This document shows positions 1-10,854 of a stretch of 64,000 bases of DNA, in pieces. The notes under the pieces are model-generated. The model did not search any database. It was not told where the DNA came from and saw nothing but the letters and a program-made list of their open reading frames with translations. Source of the DNA: Setoptus koraiensis (lineage: Eukaryota; Animalia; Arthropoda); contig CM106585.1 in assembly GCA_048013815.1 (NCBI GenBank), positions 23,250,001 through 23,314,000 of the forward strand. Reading direction: 5' to 3'. Each line of letters starts with the position of its first letter. The first letter of the stretch is position 1. Position numbers and translations under genes: made by a program.

Positions 1-1083
1 ACATATCCATTGTTGTTTTGTTTGCATCTTTTCAGCAGCAGCAGTAAATTTTTCTCGAAATGCTCACCCAATAAGAGCGGCCATAGTAAACTGCTTTTGT
101 CGAATAAACAAATATATTTGTTTTTTTTTTTTGAGGGGGGGGGGGGGAGGAGGCAGGCATAATTTGTCTTTTCGTCAATCCGTCTCGTCATTTCAGATGT
201 GTTTTGGTTTCGGCTCCATAAATGATGGATAACCAGCAGGAATAAACACCGACAACAAAACAAGTCAAAACACAAAGTCTTGCGTTGTCATTGTTAATTG
301 ATAAGATACTAGATTAGTATGAAGCCAGTTTAGAGTGTCTATTTGCCTGTTACATTGACAATAAAGATAGTAATCCATGTATTAGCTACCTCCATCTATG
401 CTATTTCCAGTGTTGTCGCTCCATAATCAATTCAGGTTGTGCGTCAATTTTGAGGTCAATGCAAATATTCGTTCGATAAACGAGTTAGCTAAGCGAGTCT
501 CTGAGTAGGTGAACATCGTTCGAGTGAGACATTATGTTGAGAGATGGAATTGAATCCGGACAATTGGAGTAGCGTTTTTTGCTTGCGTTGTTACTCCCCG
601 TTCGCTCTTTCTCTCTTTCTCCCTCTGTCATTTTTTATCCGTTTGGTGGCGACTGTATAATCTCGTTTTCAATTGTATACCAACAAAAACAACTTAATGA
701 AAACGTATAAACAACACAACGGACGCAAACGATTCTTTGTATAGCATAATCTAGAATTCAGATTTTAAAACAAAACCCGTGAGAAGCTCGCTTTCCACAC
801 TATTTAACCATTAGTATACATGTTTACTGTGAGCACTGTTTGCGCCAACGAGATCACACGAATTAAGCTTAATATTGAGCTGGCTGGCTGGCTGACTCAA
901 CTTGTTGAGTCCGGTCCGGTGTAGTTGTCGTGTGCACTGTTGAGCATTGGACATAACAGCCCCTAGTTGGCGAATCTTTTCATTCGTTACACGATGGCAG
1001 CACACGATGGCGGCAACAATTTATGGCCTGTTGTTGCTTAGCCTGTTGTTATGCCCGATGCGAACCTTCTCCAAACAGTTCGC

Positions 1084-1087
1084 TGTG

Positions 1088-1118
<31 letters not shown>

Positions 1119-1308
1119 TGCCCCCGTATGCTTGCCCCCCTTGAGCCTCCGGTTGGTCTGGTTGCGATGCAACAGCCATTGTATACGTGAGTCCCGTCGC
1201 ACTTCGGCCATGGTTGCGAGCTTGCGTGGAAGCAACGAGTTGTTGTTGTTGTTGCATACCGGATCGGATTGGGTGATAGGCAACCGCACACACACACACA
1301 CACACACA
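1084..1308. repeat. (TG)n at 1084-1118 and (CA)n at 1287-1308
   Basis: Directly visible dinucleotide tracts. Confidence 0.95.
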
Positions 1309-2016
1309 CCGACTGCTGAGCATTCAATTGCATTCTGCATCGCAGACGAACAGAGCGAATTGCTCGAGTGAGATCACATACAGCTACACACAATACACAT
1401 TAGTTCGCTACGTTAGAGAGGAAAGGCGCATGGCTGCTGGTATGTTTGCCTTGCAACGAGAGCGCATATAGAAAGTTCGATCAGACAGCGAGACGAGCAG
1501 CACATGGAACAACCATTAGAGAACAACGAGAGAGCAAAAGTAATTTGAGGCGAATCGCTGAAACAGTTCGATGATGAGCCGCCAAAGTTGCCGCCGTTGC
1601 TGTTATAACAATAGTCAAGTTGAGTTTATTTAACATTGCCAACGTGTTATCGCCACCATAATACACACATAGAATCACAACAATAATGTACAGTCATGTA
1701 CGCGTTATGTAGGCGCTAATTGATAGTCAACAACAACAGCACGCGAAAATGACTCACAACAAATATAGAGAAAAAGTTTTATTTTAAATGAAAAAAAGAA
1801 GAAGAAGAAAGAGTTGCGAATAGTCGCATTGCCATCACAGCCACATTTCGTACAATGGGATGAAGATAATGCTTATATTTTATCTCGTTATCTCATATCA
1901 GTCATAGTGTAATTAACGTCCTGCACCAAATAAGATCATATTCTAATTAGTTTCAGCTGAAAAATTGAAATAAATCATCATTTGCAGTATATACGTGACA
2001 ACGAGCTCGTGTAAAT

Positions 2017-5000
2017 ATGGGCGCTGCATCCTCGTCAACATCTTCTACTCATCGATCATCGTTTGCATCGGCCACCAACCCAAATTGGTTCGATACAAGC
2101 AACTCGCAAGCTTACTCAATCAGCAATGCCAAGATAGGCCATAGGCGTCAATTGCCACCAACTATAAATCAATGTAATAATGATAATAATGCATTCAATC
2201 ACACCACTAGCGACAATGTACCATTGAGTAGGACCAAATTTGGTGGTAGTCAACCATCAATTATAAACTATACTAATGTACCATTTTCAATAGCTGATGA
2301 TGACTTCAATCATGCAGCCATTGCAAATTCACAAAATATTATTCGCAATATACATAATTTGTCGCCACAACTACAACCACCGCCGCCACTGTTGACAAAA
2401 CCAACAAAATCAAGCCACATTAATAATAATGATAACATAAATCATAATAAAATAATTGCTGTGAACAAGAATCAAAATAAAAAAACATCACCAATGGTTC
2501 TTCATTACGGCTCTAGCCAATGCCTATCAAGTCAGACAAAAATGACTAGTCAACCGTCATTAGAAATGTTAAAAGCTCAATTTAACGGAAATCAACGTCT
2601 AGCTAAGCAACATCAGGCAGCTCTTGATGAAAATTATGGATTGATGATGGTGAGACACAACAATCAACAACAATTTCAAGAACAAGGAAGGAACAATAAT
2701 TCAAAAAGATCATCATTGCTAGTAAGTGCCAAAACAAATAGCAGTAAACAACATCCACAACAACAACATATTGATAGTGGTAATTCACACGAAAAACTAA
2801 TTAGGATCAACAGGAACAATAAACCTGCTGTCCTTAACAAACCTATTAATTTTATTAAGCCAAATCATCCATATCATAACAATAATGGCCATAATGTTAG
2901 TAACAAATTAGATCATCAACTACAACAACACAAGCATCAACAACAATTATGTCAACCTATTAAAGGCACATCAAGAAGTGATGGAAGCTGCTCATTAAAC
3001 TCGAACGCTTCTCAATCTTCATCTACAACTAATTCCTCACTAGCTAATCAAGATCTACAGGACCAAGCACAATACTTGCCCAGTCTTCATCACAATAAAC
3101 GACATTTAGCTAGTGCCTTCTCATCGCCAAATTCATCAAATCCTAGCTCATATCATTACAGTCCCAGCCACCAATCCAATCAAGGCCAATGGAGGATAAC
3201 AGTCCAACAAAATCAGCATCCTAAAGTGAGACCAAAGCATACTAAAGCCTATCAGGAAAAGTCACCAGAATATTCTGATCAACAAAATCATCATCAGCAG
3301 CAGCAACAACAACAACATCCTTATCAGTGTAATCAACAAGTCAATTCTTTTATTAGAAAGTCAACATCGTTGTCATCAGTTGCTGCAGTACAAAACAATG
3401 ATGTTGAATTCTGTCAAAATAATCAGGCTCAATTGAATACAGAAAAACAACAAAGGCAGCTGGAATTGCATCAGCAACAGAAAAAACAACACTACCACAA
3501 TCAGCCAATTAAGTCTCGTCATTTCACACCTCACAAACAAACTCTTCATAAGCCCTCGGAAGATGTATCACTGAATCAAAGTAACAGTCGTTTTAGACAT
3601 TGTAAGCGTGGTGGAGTTGCCAATCAGATTCTTAATAGAAACAACAGAGAAGCTTATAAGTCTGTCTTGCCCCCTTTGCCTAGAACTCAATCATTGCACG
3701 AACTCATTCAATTGAGACCCACCGAAAATGGTCAAAATCTACGGACTACAGGTACACTAAGAGGTCAACCAAGTGCGACCAATGTTCTGTTGTCATATCA
3801 TTTTGATGATGATGATGCGGATAATAATGATGATAGCCTGGTAAACAAACATTATGATGATACAAACATAGAGTTTGATGATGAACATCAGAGACGCCAG
3901 ATGGGACCTAATAAATCCACACTAACTAGATCCAAGTCACAATCCATATTGAATAATATGGAAAAGAATGCTCAACAAAGAGATGATGATGAATTGCATC
4001 AGATATTGAATAGATTCAGAAAAAAGATCAACGATAACAACTATCAGCAAAAACTTGTGTCGCAAAATTACATGAAGACGGCAGCTGCACCATTGAATGT
4101 TGACCACCATTCTAGTGCGATAGATGGTATCATAGAAAATAACAAGAACAAAAGAGATGATTCATCTCTTTCAAAGACATCTACATCGTCATCCTCTATT
4201 AATCAGCAGCAATCACCAACATCAACGTCGAACTCAACATTTTCATCCTCAGGTTTTGCCTCTCAAGGTTCCCAATCAGAGTTGAAATCAAGCTCAACCT
4301 CACCATCTTCAACAATAACTACCAATCATCATCTATCAAAAAGTAGCGAAAATAATCAAGACCTACCATCACCTTCCTCTGTTTCAAGTAAATTCTCAAG
4401 CCCATCATTGGCATTATCATCATCTGAACTAAGTGTTGATTTAAAGCATAAGAATAGTTCCTCAGTCATAAATTCAGTTCCTCAAGACATCGATAATTAT
4501 GAAAGTCAATCAGAAAACAAGGTGGCAAGTCAATTAAAACAAAATACTAAGAAAAATGTTGTTACTCACCGTGTCGGAAAGTATCGAGCTCCTGCTCCAC
4601 CACTTAGGCTCGACATTGGCCATGATACATCAAAGAACAACCACAAGAAGTCAGCCGCACCGAGTCCACCAGTCAACACTTCTGTTGAAAACGAGGTTTC
4701 TAAATCTTGCTCAAACAACAGTTATCAATTCCAGCAACAGCTTCATTCTCCCAGAAATAATATCAACTTGCCATTGAATAGCAAACTAAAACTATCTTCA
4801 TCCTTGTTGTCTATAGTCAATGAGTACAACTCATTAGCCTCAGATAATTCGTTAAACTCTTTTGGGTCACAGTTTAAACTTGTTGATCCTGCGAATGCTA
4901 AAACAAGATGCCTAGAAACAAGAAAGAATATGCATGAGGATTCCAGGCGACAACGCCAAATATCTCAATCTGTGTCATCATTGAATACCATAGAAGATTG

Positions 5001-7656
5001 CCAAACATCAGCTATTATAAGATCATTAGCTGGCAAGGATACAAGAGATAAAATCAATCCATACGGAGGGCCAACAAACAGTGAGAATCCTAGCCATTTA
5101 TCGAGTAAACTCAAAAGTGGTAGATTTGTCAATCTGTTTAGGAGATTAAGCGAGCGAACTCCAACGCAAAGTGAACTCGATGGAATTTCCATCAAAAATA
5201 CGAATCCTGACCAAACAATCGATATAAACAAAAGACTTCAAAACAACAGTTCTCTGTTGGTCAAATCTAGTAGGCTCATTCTCAGAAAATCAACATCTTA
5301 CAAGAGTAAAATAGCCAGTCAGCAAGTGTATTCAAATAAGCATTCAAATAGTAAAGAACTTCGTCGCATAGCTTGCATGCCAGACAATTGTTCATCTAAT
5401 TCTGCATGCAATTATAATTCAAAGTATGACTGTAATAACTGGCATCTCAAAAGCGGAGATAGTGCTCGGCCATTAAGTACATCAAGTTTTAATAATTCAC
5501 CTTCTGAGTATTTCCACAAAAAGCAATGTGGACAATTGTGCAAGGATTGGCAACGACCGCAACGGATAAAACAAGGTCAAAATAGAATGCTCAACAAATT
5601 CCTAACAGGTAGTCAGCCTAATCTATCATCACTAGATTGTAAGACTCCAGCGTTAGAGTTGACACGTCAACTGATCTTTTCAACCGCATCGAACGAAGAT
5701 AAAAAACGCCCTCCTTCAATGGCTTCATTGTCTTCTCTACTCAGCATAGTCAAGGACGAGACCAAGGTATTGGATGAATTCGATGCCAGTTATACTTGCC
5801 GTGACGGTAGTAGTAGATGGTATCAAGATTCACTCGAATCTGATGATATCTCTGTTAACAAGGCTATTATAGCAGCTACATTTGATGCTGACCAATTGTA
5901 TGGAAACTCAGAAAAAAGTCACCCTGATTCGGAAAAGTCGTTGAACTATTCTAATGTCAAAACAGTCTCATCATCATCTTCAACATCCGTGTCACCTCAG
6001 CACTTCTCAGGTCAAGCGAATACAACTCTAGTGTGCTGTTCCTCTCCATCTACTTCATTTACTTATCACAGCGATAAAGTAAAACGTTTTTCTACGAAGG
6101 ACCCATTCTGTGGTGTTCCTTCACCTAAAATATGTAACAGCGACACGCATCGCTGTTGTGATCATCAAAGAATAAAACCAGAGATGCACAGGATTGTATC
6201 ACCTAGATCATTGGCACATTCGCAAGAAAACGATCGAGCAAATCCGAGGTTTAGTAAAAAACCTTACGACAAAAAGATAACTTCAATGGCTGAAGCTGAA
6301 CGATACGATGGCAAGTGTCCGCAACATAGATATGATAGTACTGGAGGTTTTGAAATCGAGCGTTATAATCTACTGACAGGTTGCAATGGTCAAGGTTTTC
6401 GCAAAAAAGTACCTACTGATACTTCAAATCTCCAAAGACAAAACGATCAATTGCGATGTATATCGAAGATATCCCAGGAATCCAACTATGATTCAGCTAA
6501 CAAAAACCGCTGTCTATGTCAAAATATAACCGGTCGCTGCGAGCCAAACAACTCTAATCTCGGCCTAAAAGATTTGGAAAAGATTAAAAACTCTGAGCGC
6601 GGTATGCCAACTACGAATGAATCTAGCTTGATGAACTCGATTCAGATAGAAATCCTCCCAAGAGAGAGCTCATTAGGCGCTGTTGAGAGAAGCGAATGCT
6701 CGCAATGTGGTAAACGGTCTGAGAACTTTCAAGTCATTGGCGACAATTTGGTTGAGAAACATTTCAATCTTCATTCATCAACCACATTCCCGGATGAAAA
6801 TATCATGAATAGTTCAAAGACCAACATTATTCATGCACATTGTATTAATAATGGCTTAAATTTTGATAAACATAATGGTCATCAGATTCCTAAGTTACAT
6901 AAATCTAATGGAAGTAATGATTTGCACCGCCAACAGTGCAGCAATGAAAATTTGTCAGCTAAAGAGAGTATGATTAAAAACAATAAACAACTTGGACCAA
7001 GCAAACTTAATGGAAATGTCTCACACCAGGCAAGGTTATCAAGCAAAGATCTAGAGAACAGGGAGTCAAAAAATTTTCCCAAGACATTCAAGGTGGTCAA
7101 TGGCTTGAATCTGTCTCGTCTTAATGGACGTATTGTAGATGGCAGAAAGGACACAGAGGAAATGAACTTCGGCTCAAGAGAAGACTTGGACCAAGCCCAA
7201 ATGACTGAGATGTTGACCAAGCTAATCCCGAAAATGTTGCGATCCAATTCCGAACTTGGACCACATTGGAATAACAACATCAAATTCCAAAATAGTAATC
7301 GATTGTCACCAGTCATAAAATCCAATTATGATAGAGGATACCATCATGATGATGAAGTTATTAGAAATATCATCAAGAATAAATTGAACTCTACACCATC
7401 TGCTCAATCATCAATGAATATTAAGGAGCACATTTCCTCCCGACAATTTGATGACAATTTCATCTTGAAGAGGAAAGTTCCAACTGCTGGTTTAGATCTC
7501 AGAGATCTAAAAAGCACCGAGATAAGCAGCATCAATGACAACGAAACAAATATTATGTGCCATAAAATTAAAAGTGCTATCACCAATACAAACAAATCAA
7601 AAGTAGCTCTCAATATGGAACGACAGTGTCCGTTGCATGGTATAGTCGGACATTGA
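2017..7656 (+). CDS. Uncharacterised 1879-aa Ser/Asn/Gln-rich, probably disordered protein; single exon
   Basis: 5.6-kb stop-free ATG-initiated ORF. N-terminus MGAASS fits the MGxxxS myristoylation consensus. Contains Pro motifs KYRAPAPP and KSAAPSPP and ends in CPLHG. No recognisable folded domain. Confidence 0.8.
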   Translation: MGAASSSTSSTHRSSFASATNPNWFDTSNSQAYSISNAKIGHRRQLPPTINQCNNDNNAFNHTTSDNVPLSRTKFGGSQPSIINYTNVPFSIADDDFNHAAIANSQNIIRNIHNLSPQLQPPPPLLTKPTKSSHINNNDNINHNKIIAVNKNQNKKTSPMVLHYGSSQCLSSQTKMTSQPSLEMLKAQFNGNQRLAKQHQAALDENYGLMMVRHNNQQQFQEQGRNNNSKRSSLLVSAKTNSSKQHPQQQHIDSGNSHEKLIRINRNNKPAVLNKPINFIKPNHPYHNNNGHNVSNKLDHQLQQHKHQQQLCQPIKGTSRSDGSCSLNSNASQSSSTTNSSLANQDLQDQAQYLPSLHHNKRHLASAFSSPNSSNPSSYHYSPSHQSNQGQWRITVQQNQHPKVRPKHTKAYQEKSPEYSDQQNHHQQQQQQQHPYQCNQQVNSFIRKSTSLSSVAAVQNNDVEFCQNNQAQLNTEKQQRQLELHQQQKKQHYHNQPIKSRHFTPHKQTLHKPSEDVSLNQSNSRFRHCKRGGVANQILNRNNREAYKSVLPPLPRTQSLHELIQLRPTENGQNLRTTGTLRGQPSATNVLLSYHFDDDDADNNDDSLVNKHYDDTNIEFDDEHQRRQMGPNKSTLTRSKSQSILNNMEKNAQQRDDDELHQILNRFRKKINDNNYQQKLVSQNYMKTAAAPLNVDHHSSAIDGIIENNKNKRDDSSLSKTSTSSSSINQQQSPTSTSNSTFSSSGFASQGSQSELKSSSTSPSSTITTNHHLSKSSENNQDLPSPSSVSSKFSSPSLALSSSELSVDLKHKNSSSVINSVPQDIDNYESQSENKVASQLKQNTKKNVVTHRVGKYRAPAPPLRLDIGHDTSKNNHKKSAAPSPPVNTSVENEVSKSCSNNSYQFQQQLHSPRNNINLPLNSKLKLSSSLLSIVNEYNSLASDNSLNSFGSQFKLVDPANAKTRCLETRKNMHEDSRRQRQISQSVSSLNTIEDCQTSAIIRSLAGKDTRDKINPYGGPTNSENPSHLSSKLKSGRFVNLFRRLSERTPTQSELDGISIKNTNPDQTIDINKRLQNNSSLLVKSSRLILRKSTSYKSKIASQQVYSNKHSNSKELRRIACMPDNCSSNSACNYNSKYDCNNWHLKSGDSARPLSTSSFNNSPSEYFHKKQCGQLCKDWQRPQRIKQGQNRMLNKFLTGSQPNLSSLDCKTPALELTRQLIFSTASNEDKKRPPSMASLSSLLSIVKDETKVLDEFDASYTCRDGSSRWYQDSLESDDISVNKAIIAATFDADQLYGNSEKSHPDSEKSLNYSNVKTVSSSSSTSVSPQHFSGQANTTLVCCSSPSTSFTYHSDKVKRFSTKDPFCGVPSPKICNSDTHRCCDHQRIKPEMHRIVSPRSLAHSQENDRANPRFSKKPYDKKITSMAEAERYDGKCPQHRYDSTGGFEIERYNLLTGCNGQGFRKKVPTDTSNLQRQNDQLRCISKISQESNYDSANKNRCLCQNITGRCEPNNSNLGLKDLEKIKNSERGMPTTNESSLMNSIQIEILPRESSLGAVERSECSQCGKRSENFQVIGDNLVEKHFNLHSSTTFPDENIMNSSKTNIIHAHCINNGLNFDKHNGHQIPKLHKSNGSNDLHRQQCSNENLSAKESMIKNNKQLGPSKLNGNVSHQARLSSKDLENRESKNFPKTFKVVNGLNLSRLNGRIVDGRKDTEEMNFGSREDLDQAQMTEMLTKLIPKMLRSNSELGPHWNNNIKFQNSNRLSPVIKSNYDRGYHHDDEVIRNIIKNKLNSTPSAQSSMNIKEHISSRQFDDNFILKRKVPTAGLDLRDLKSTEISSINDNETNIMCHKIKSAITNTNKSKVALNMERQCPLHGIVGH

Positions 7657-7755
7657 TGGCTAGCTGTGATTTGATTGGAGTGAATTAGTACCACTTGCAT
7701 AAACGGTTTGTAAATATAAGATTATTTAATAATACCTAAGGTTAAATAACAATCA

Positions 7756-9678
7756 TCAAAGTGTCACCAGTGATGTTTTTGGTATTTTGCTTTTTTGATT
7801 AGACTCAACGACTTTCTTCTTCTTCATAATGTTTTTCTCTTTCTTCATCTGCTTGTACAACTGTCGATCTATTTTATCTTCTTCTTGCATTACTTCTTTT
7901 GCTGTTTCAATATCAAACTGATTGAATTGAGTGGCACGGGCCTTCTCTGACTTCTGTCGGTTAATATCATCGTCAACGGGTTCACCCTGTTCATCGAACA
8001 CGACTCGACTGTTCCATTTAATATTCTTTTTCTTTAATTCTTTCTTTGCTAAAGCGGCTTTGCTAACTATTTTAACCTTTTTCTTGCTCTTAGCTGATCG
8101 CATAGATAGTGCTGGAATGACGTTGGGAAGTTCTTCTTCGCGAGATTCGTTGAGCTCATCTTCATCATCAGTAACTTCAATCAATCTTGCTTTTTTAACT
8201 GGTCTAAGAAGCTCATCAGAATTATCTTCGTCACTGGATGGATTCTGGGTATTGTCCAATGAATCTTTTAAAGAATTAGTAGTTTCGTCGTTGGTCTTGG
8301 ATGGCAGAGATTGCTTTGTTTGTGCAGAACGCCTCTCTAAAACGCGCACCCTAGGGGTTATTGCCAAACCTAAAGATTGTGAGAATGCAGTCAAATCCAA
8401 ATTGGCTTCTTGAAACATCCTCTTAAACTTAGTATTTGCTAAACATTTTAAGTATGCTTTGAATGCTCTTTGGGCAGTATCCTTCAATTGTACGTCTCTA
8501 GCGCATAACGCCTCAGCCTTTCTTTGAATCCAGAGGAGCTTCTGAGCGCTCAATTTCATCTCATTGATGGGTATCTTTTTTTCTTGTATTTCGTTGATAA
8601 AATCTTTTTCGTTTGGCATCAATATTAGTAGAGATTGTCCTTGTTGTTCAAGACGTGCGGTTCTACCAACACGGTGGATGTAACAGGTTACATCTTCGGG
8701 ACAGTCCAATTGTACTACCCAATCAACATTGGGGAAATCTAATCCTCGAGCTGCTACATCTGTAGCTATTAACACAGCTTTCTTCATTTCGCAGAATTCA
8801 TTATAGATATTCATTCTTCGCAGTTGATGTAATGTTCCATATAATGCTAACACAGAAAGGCCGGGACGCATTCTACAGAATAGATCATGAACGAATTTAG
8901 CTTGTTTACAAGTTGATAAAAATACGATAGTTTTCTGGTGTCTATGGTCTCTGATAAAAGTCCAAAGAAAATTCAACTTCTGATGCAGATCTACTACCAT
9001 GTAATTTTGAGTTAGTGATTCAGGTGTTGTTACTTTTGAAATTTGCTCTACACAAACATGTTTCGGATTTTTCAGACTAAGTCGGGCGAGATCTTTCACA
9101 GAATTTGTTTGCGTAGCGCTAAATAGCAAGCATTGTCTCTCTGTTGGTAAGTAATCGAGGATTGCATTGACGTCTTGTTCAAATCCCATGTCCAGAATAC
9201 GATCAGCCTCATCGATTATGAGCATTTTGAGATTGTAACATTGAAACAAAGGGTTCTCGTCCATGTGTTGTAATAGTCTTCCTGGTGTCCCGATGATAAT
9301 GTTCAATTTATCCATTCTTTTTCGTTCAAACTTGAGATCTTTTCCTCCTATGATTAGGCCAGCACTGAAGTTATGCCTTTTACCTACAGCTCTAAGTACT
9401 TCGAATATCTGGTAGGCCAGCTCTCTAGTGGGCGTTATGATAAGAGCACCCAAACCGTCATTTGGAGACCATTTGTCACGATGTAAGCATTCTAGCATAG
9501 GTATGAGAAATGCTAATGTTTTACCAGAGCCAGTTTTCGCTGAGCCAAGTATATCGTGACCCTGTAGAGCCAGTTCAATTGTTTCTTTTTGAATATCAGT
9601 AGGTCTGGTGTAGCCGGCCTTCTCCAATCCAATCAGAGTGTTCCTTGATATAGGAAAATCCTTGAATTTCGCAGCCAT
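7756..9678 (-). CDS. DDX10: DEAD-box RNA helicase DDX10/Dbp4 (18S rRNA processing), intronless, about 640 aa
   Basis: Q-motif GYTRPTDIQ, Walker A AKTGSGKT, DEAD, SAT and HRVGRTAR are present, with a Dbp4-like basic/acidic tail. The first ATG is at 9678 (MAAKF); the ORF track start at 9702 is a TTG. Confidence 0.95.
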   Translation of the reverse strand: MAAKFKDFPISRNTLIGLEKAGYTRPTDIQKETIELALQGHDILGSAKTGSGKTLAFLIPMLECLHRDKWSPNDGLGALIITPTRELAYQIFEVLRAVGKRHNFSAGLIIGGKDLKFERKRMDKLNIIIGTPGRLLQHMDENPLFQCYNLKMLIIDEADRILDMGFEQDVNAILDYLPTERQCLLFSATQTNSVKDLARLSLKNPKHVCVEQISKVTTPESLTQNYMVVDLHQKLNFLWTFIRDHRHQKTIVFLSTCKQAKFVHDLFCRMRPGLSVLALYGTLHQLRRMNIYNEFCEMKKAVLIATDVAARGLDFPNVDWVVQLDCPEDVTCYIHRVGRTARLEQQGQSLLILMPNEKDFINEIQEKKIPINEMKLSAQKLLWIQRKAEALCARDVQLKDTAQRAFKAYLKCLANTKFKRMFQEANLDLTAFSQSLGLAITPRVRVLERRSAQTKQSLPSKTNDETTNSLKDSLDNTQNPSSDEDNSDELLRPVKKARLIEVTDDEDELNESREEELPNVIPALSMRSAKSKKKVKIVSKAALAKKELKKKNIKWNSRVVFDEQGEPVDDDINRQKSEKARATQFNQFDIETAKEVMQEEDKIDRQLYKQMKKEKNIMKKKKVVESNQKSKIPKTSLVTL

Positions 9679-10854
9679 CCTGTTTGAACTAAATTGCCAC
9701 AATTATAATCTTAAAATGGCGAGATAGATAGTAAATTAATAAGGAATGGATGATTGCCTACCAGTGATAATATTTCAAATCAGAGGGAAAAAAATATTTG
9801 TTTTTGTGGGTTTGTTTGCAACAGAGAAACAGCATGGACTGCTGTGTACCACGTGATGTGTTTGATGGCGCCATCTAGTTGCGTCCACGTTGATCTGCCT
9901 TCAGTAAGCAAAAATCTAGCCAATTATCGAATGATGAAAACTGATGAAGAATTTTCGATCTAAAAAAAGCAGAAAAATATGACGTTCGGATCTCATAAGA
10001 ACAAATCTCGAGTAACTTCAACCACCGATTCTATTCTCCTCACTGACGAAACAGGCAATGCCTTCCGCCTCAAGTTCCTATAGGATTTCATCAGGAAGAA
10101 AAATGTAGCTTTCGCGATAAAAACTTTAAGACCATAGTATAACTTTTTTTGCGAGAGATAAAAGACAGGTCATGATTCTGCTATATTTTTTTTCTTTGTT
10201 CACTCAATCTAGAAATATCCAGCCTTTTATGACGTACGTTTTTTTATAAGTCGGAATTTTCATCTATACTACGAGGATATTTTTCATTGAGAAAAAAGAT
10301 TGCAATTTTTCACGAGTTGTCGGAAAGAGTCCGGTATTAGCCTCTTTTTCAGATAGCTCAACACTGAAATTCCGGCTACGGGATATCAGTGTTGAGGATA
10401 TATACATTTCAAGTCTGTACATTCATCTACACACCAATTTATTGACCTCGTGGTTTGATTTTTCCAGCGATTCAAAGCCGTTTTCATCAATCGCTTCTCG
10501 AAACTACTTAAAATGTGTAGTTAAAATGAGGCTTGAATTAGTATGCTTAGTTATATCTTTAAAATACCTATAACTAAACCACCAATATGACTGCATTGGC
10601 TATATTTAAAACACACGCTACATGTCTAAGATCATAAACTTTGGTGTGAACAACAGGCACGATCGGCAAATGCTTGGATATGGCAACTCAAATCAATGAT
10701 TAAACTATTTAGCTTGATGATAGTTATAAACAAAAACTGCAAATATCATACTACATTCAGCAACAATCAGTCTGAATTTGGCTAGAAACGGTTAGAAAGG
10801 GTTGAATTTGGACGAAGGGTTTATCAATTTGGTGAATAATTAACTATTAACACC

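Noticed and set aside
811-1678. Cluster of short ORFs at the window start
   Set aside because: They are driven by TG/CA/TTG repeats and alternative start codons, with no domain. The region is more likely UTR or promoter.
1833-1855. CATCACAGCC resembling a miR-2/13 5' end
   Set aside because: No complementary arm forming a precursor hairpin.
10200-10220. GCCTTTTA resembling U5 snRNA loop I
   Set aside because: The flanks do not form the U5 stem.
10490-10525. ATCGCTTCTCG identical to the U2 snRNA 5' end
   Set aside because: The match stops after 11 nt, and the stem I and branch-pairing context are absent.
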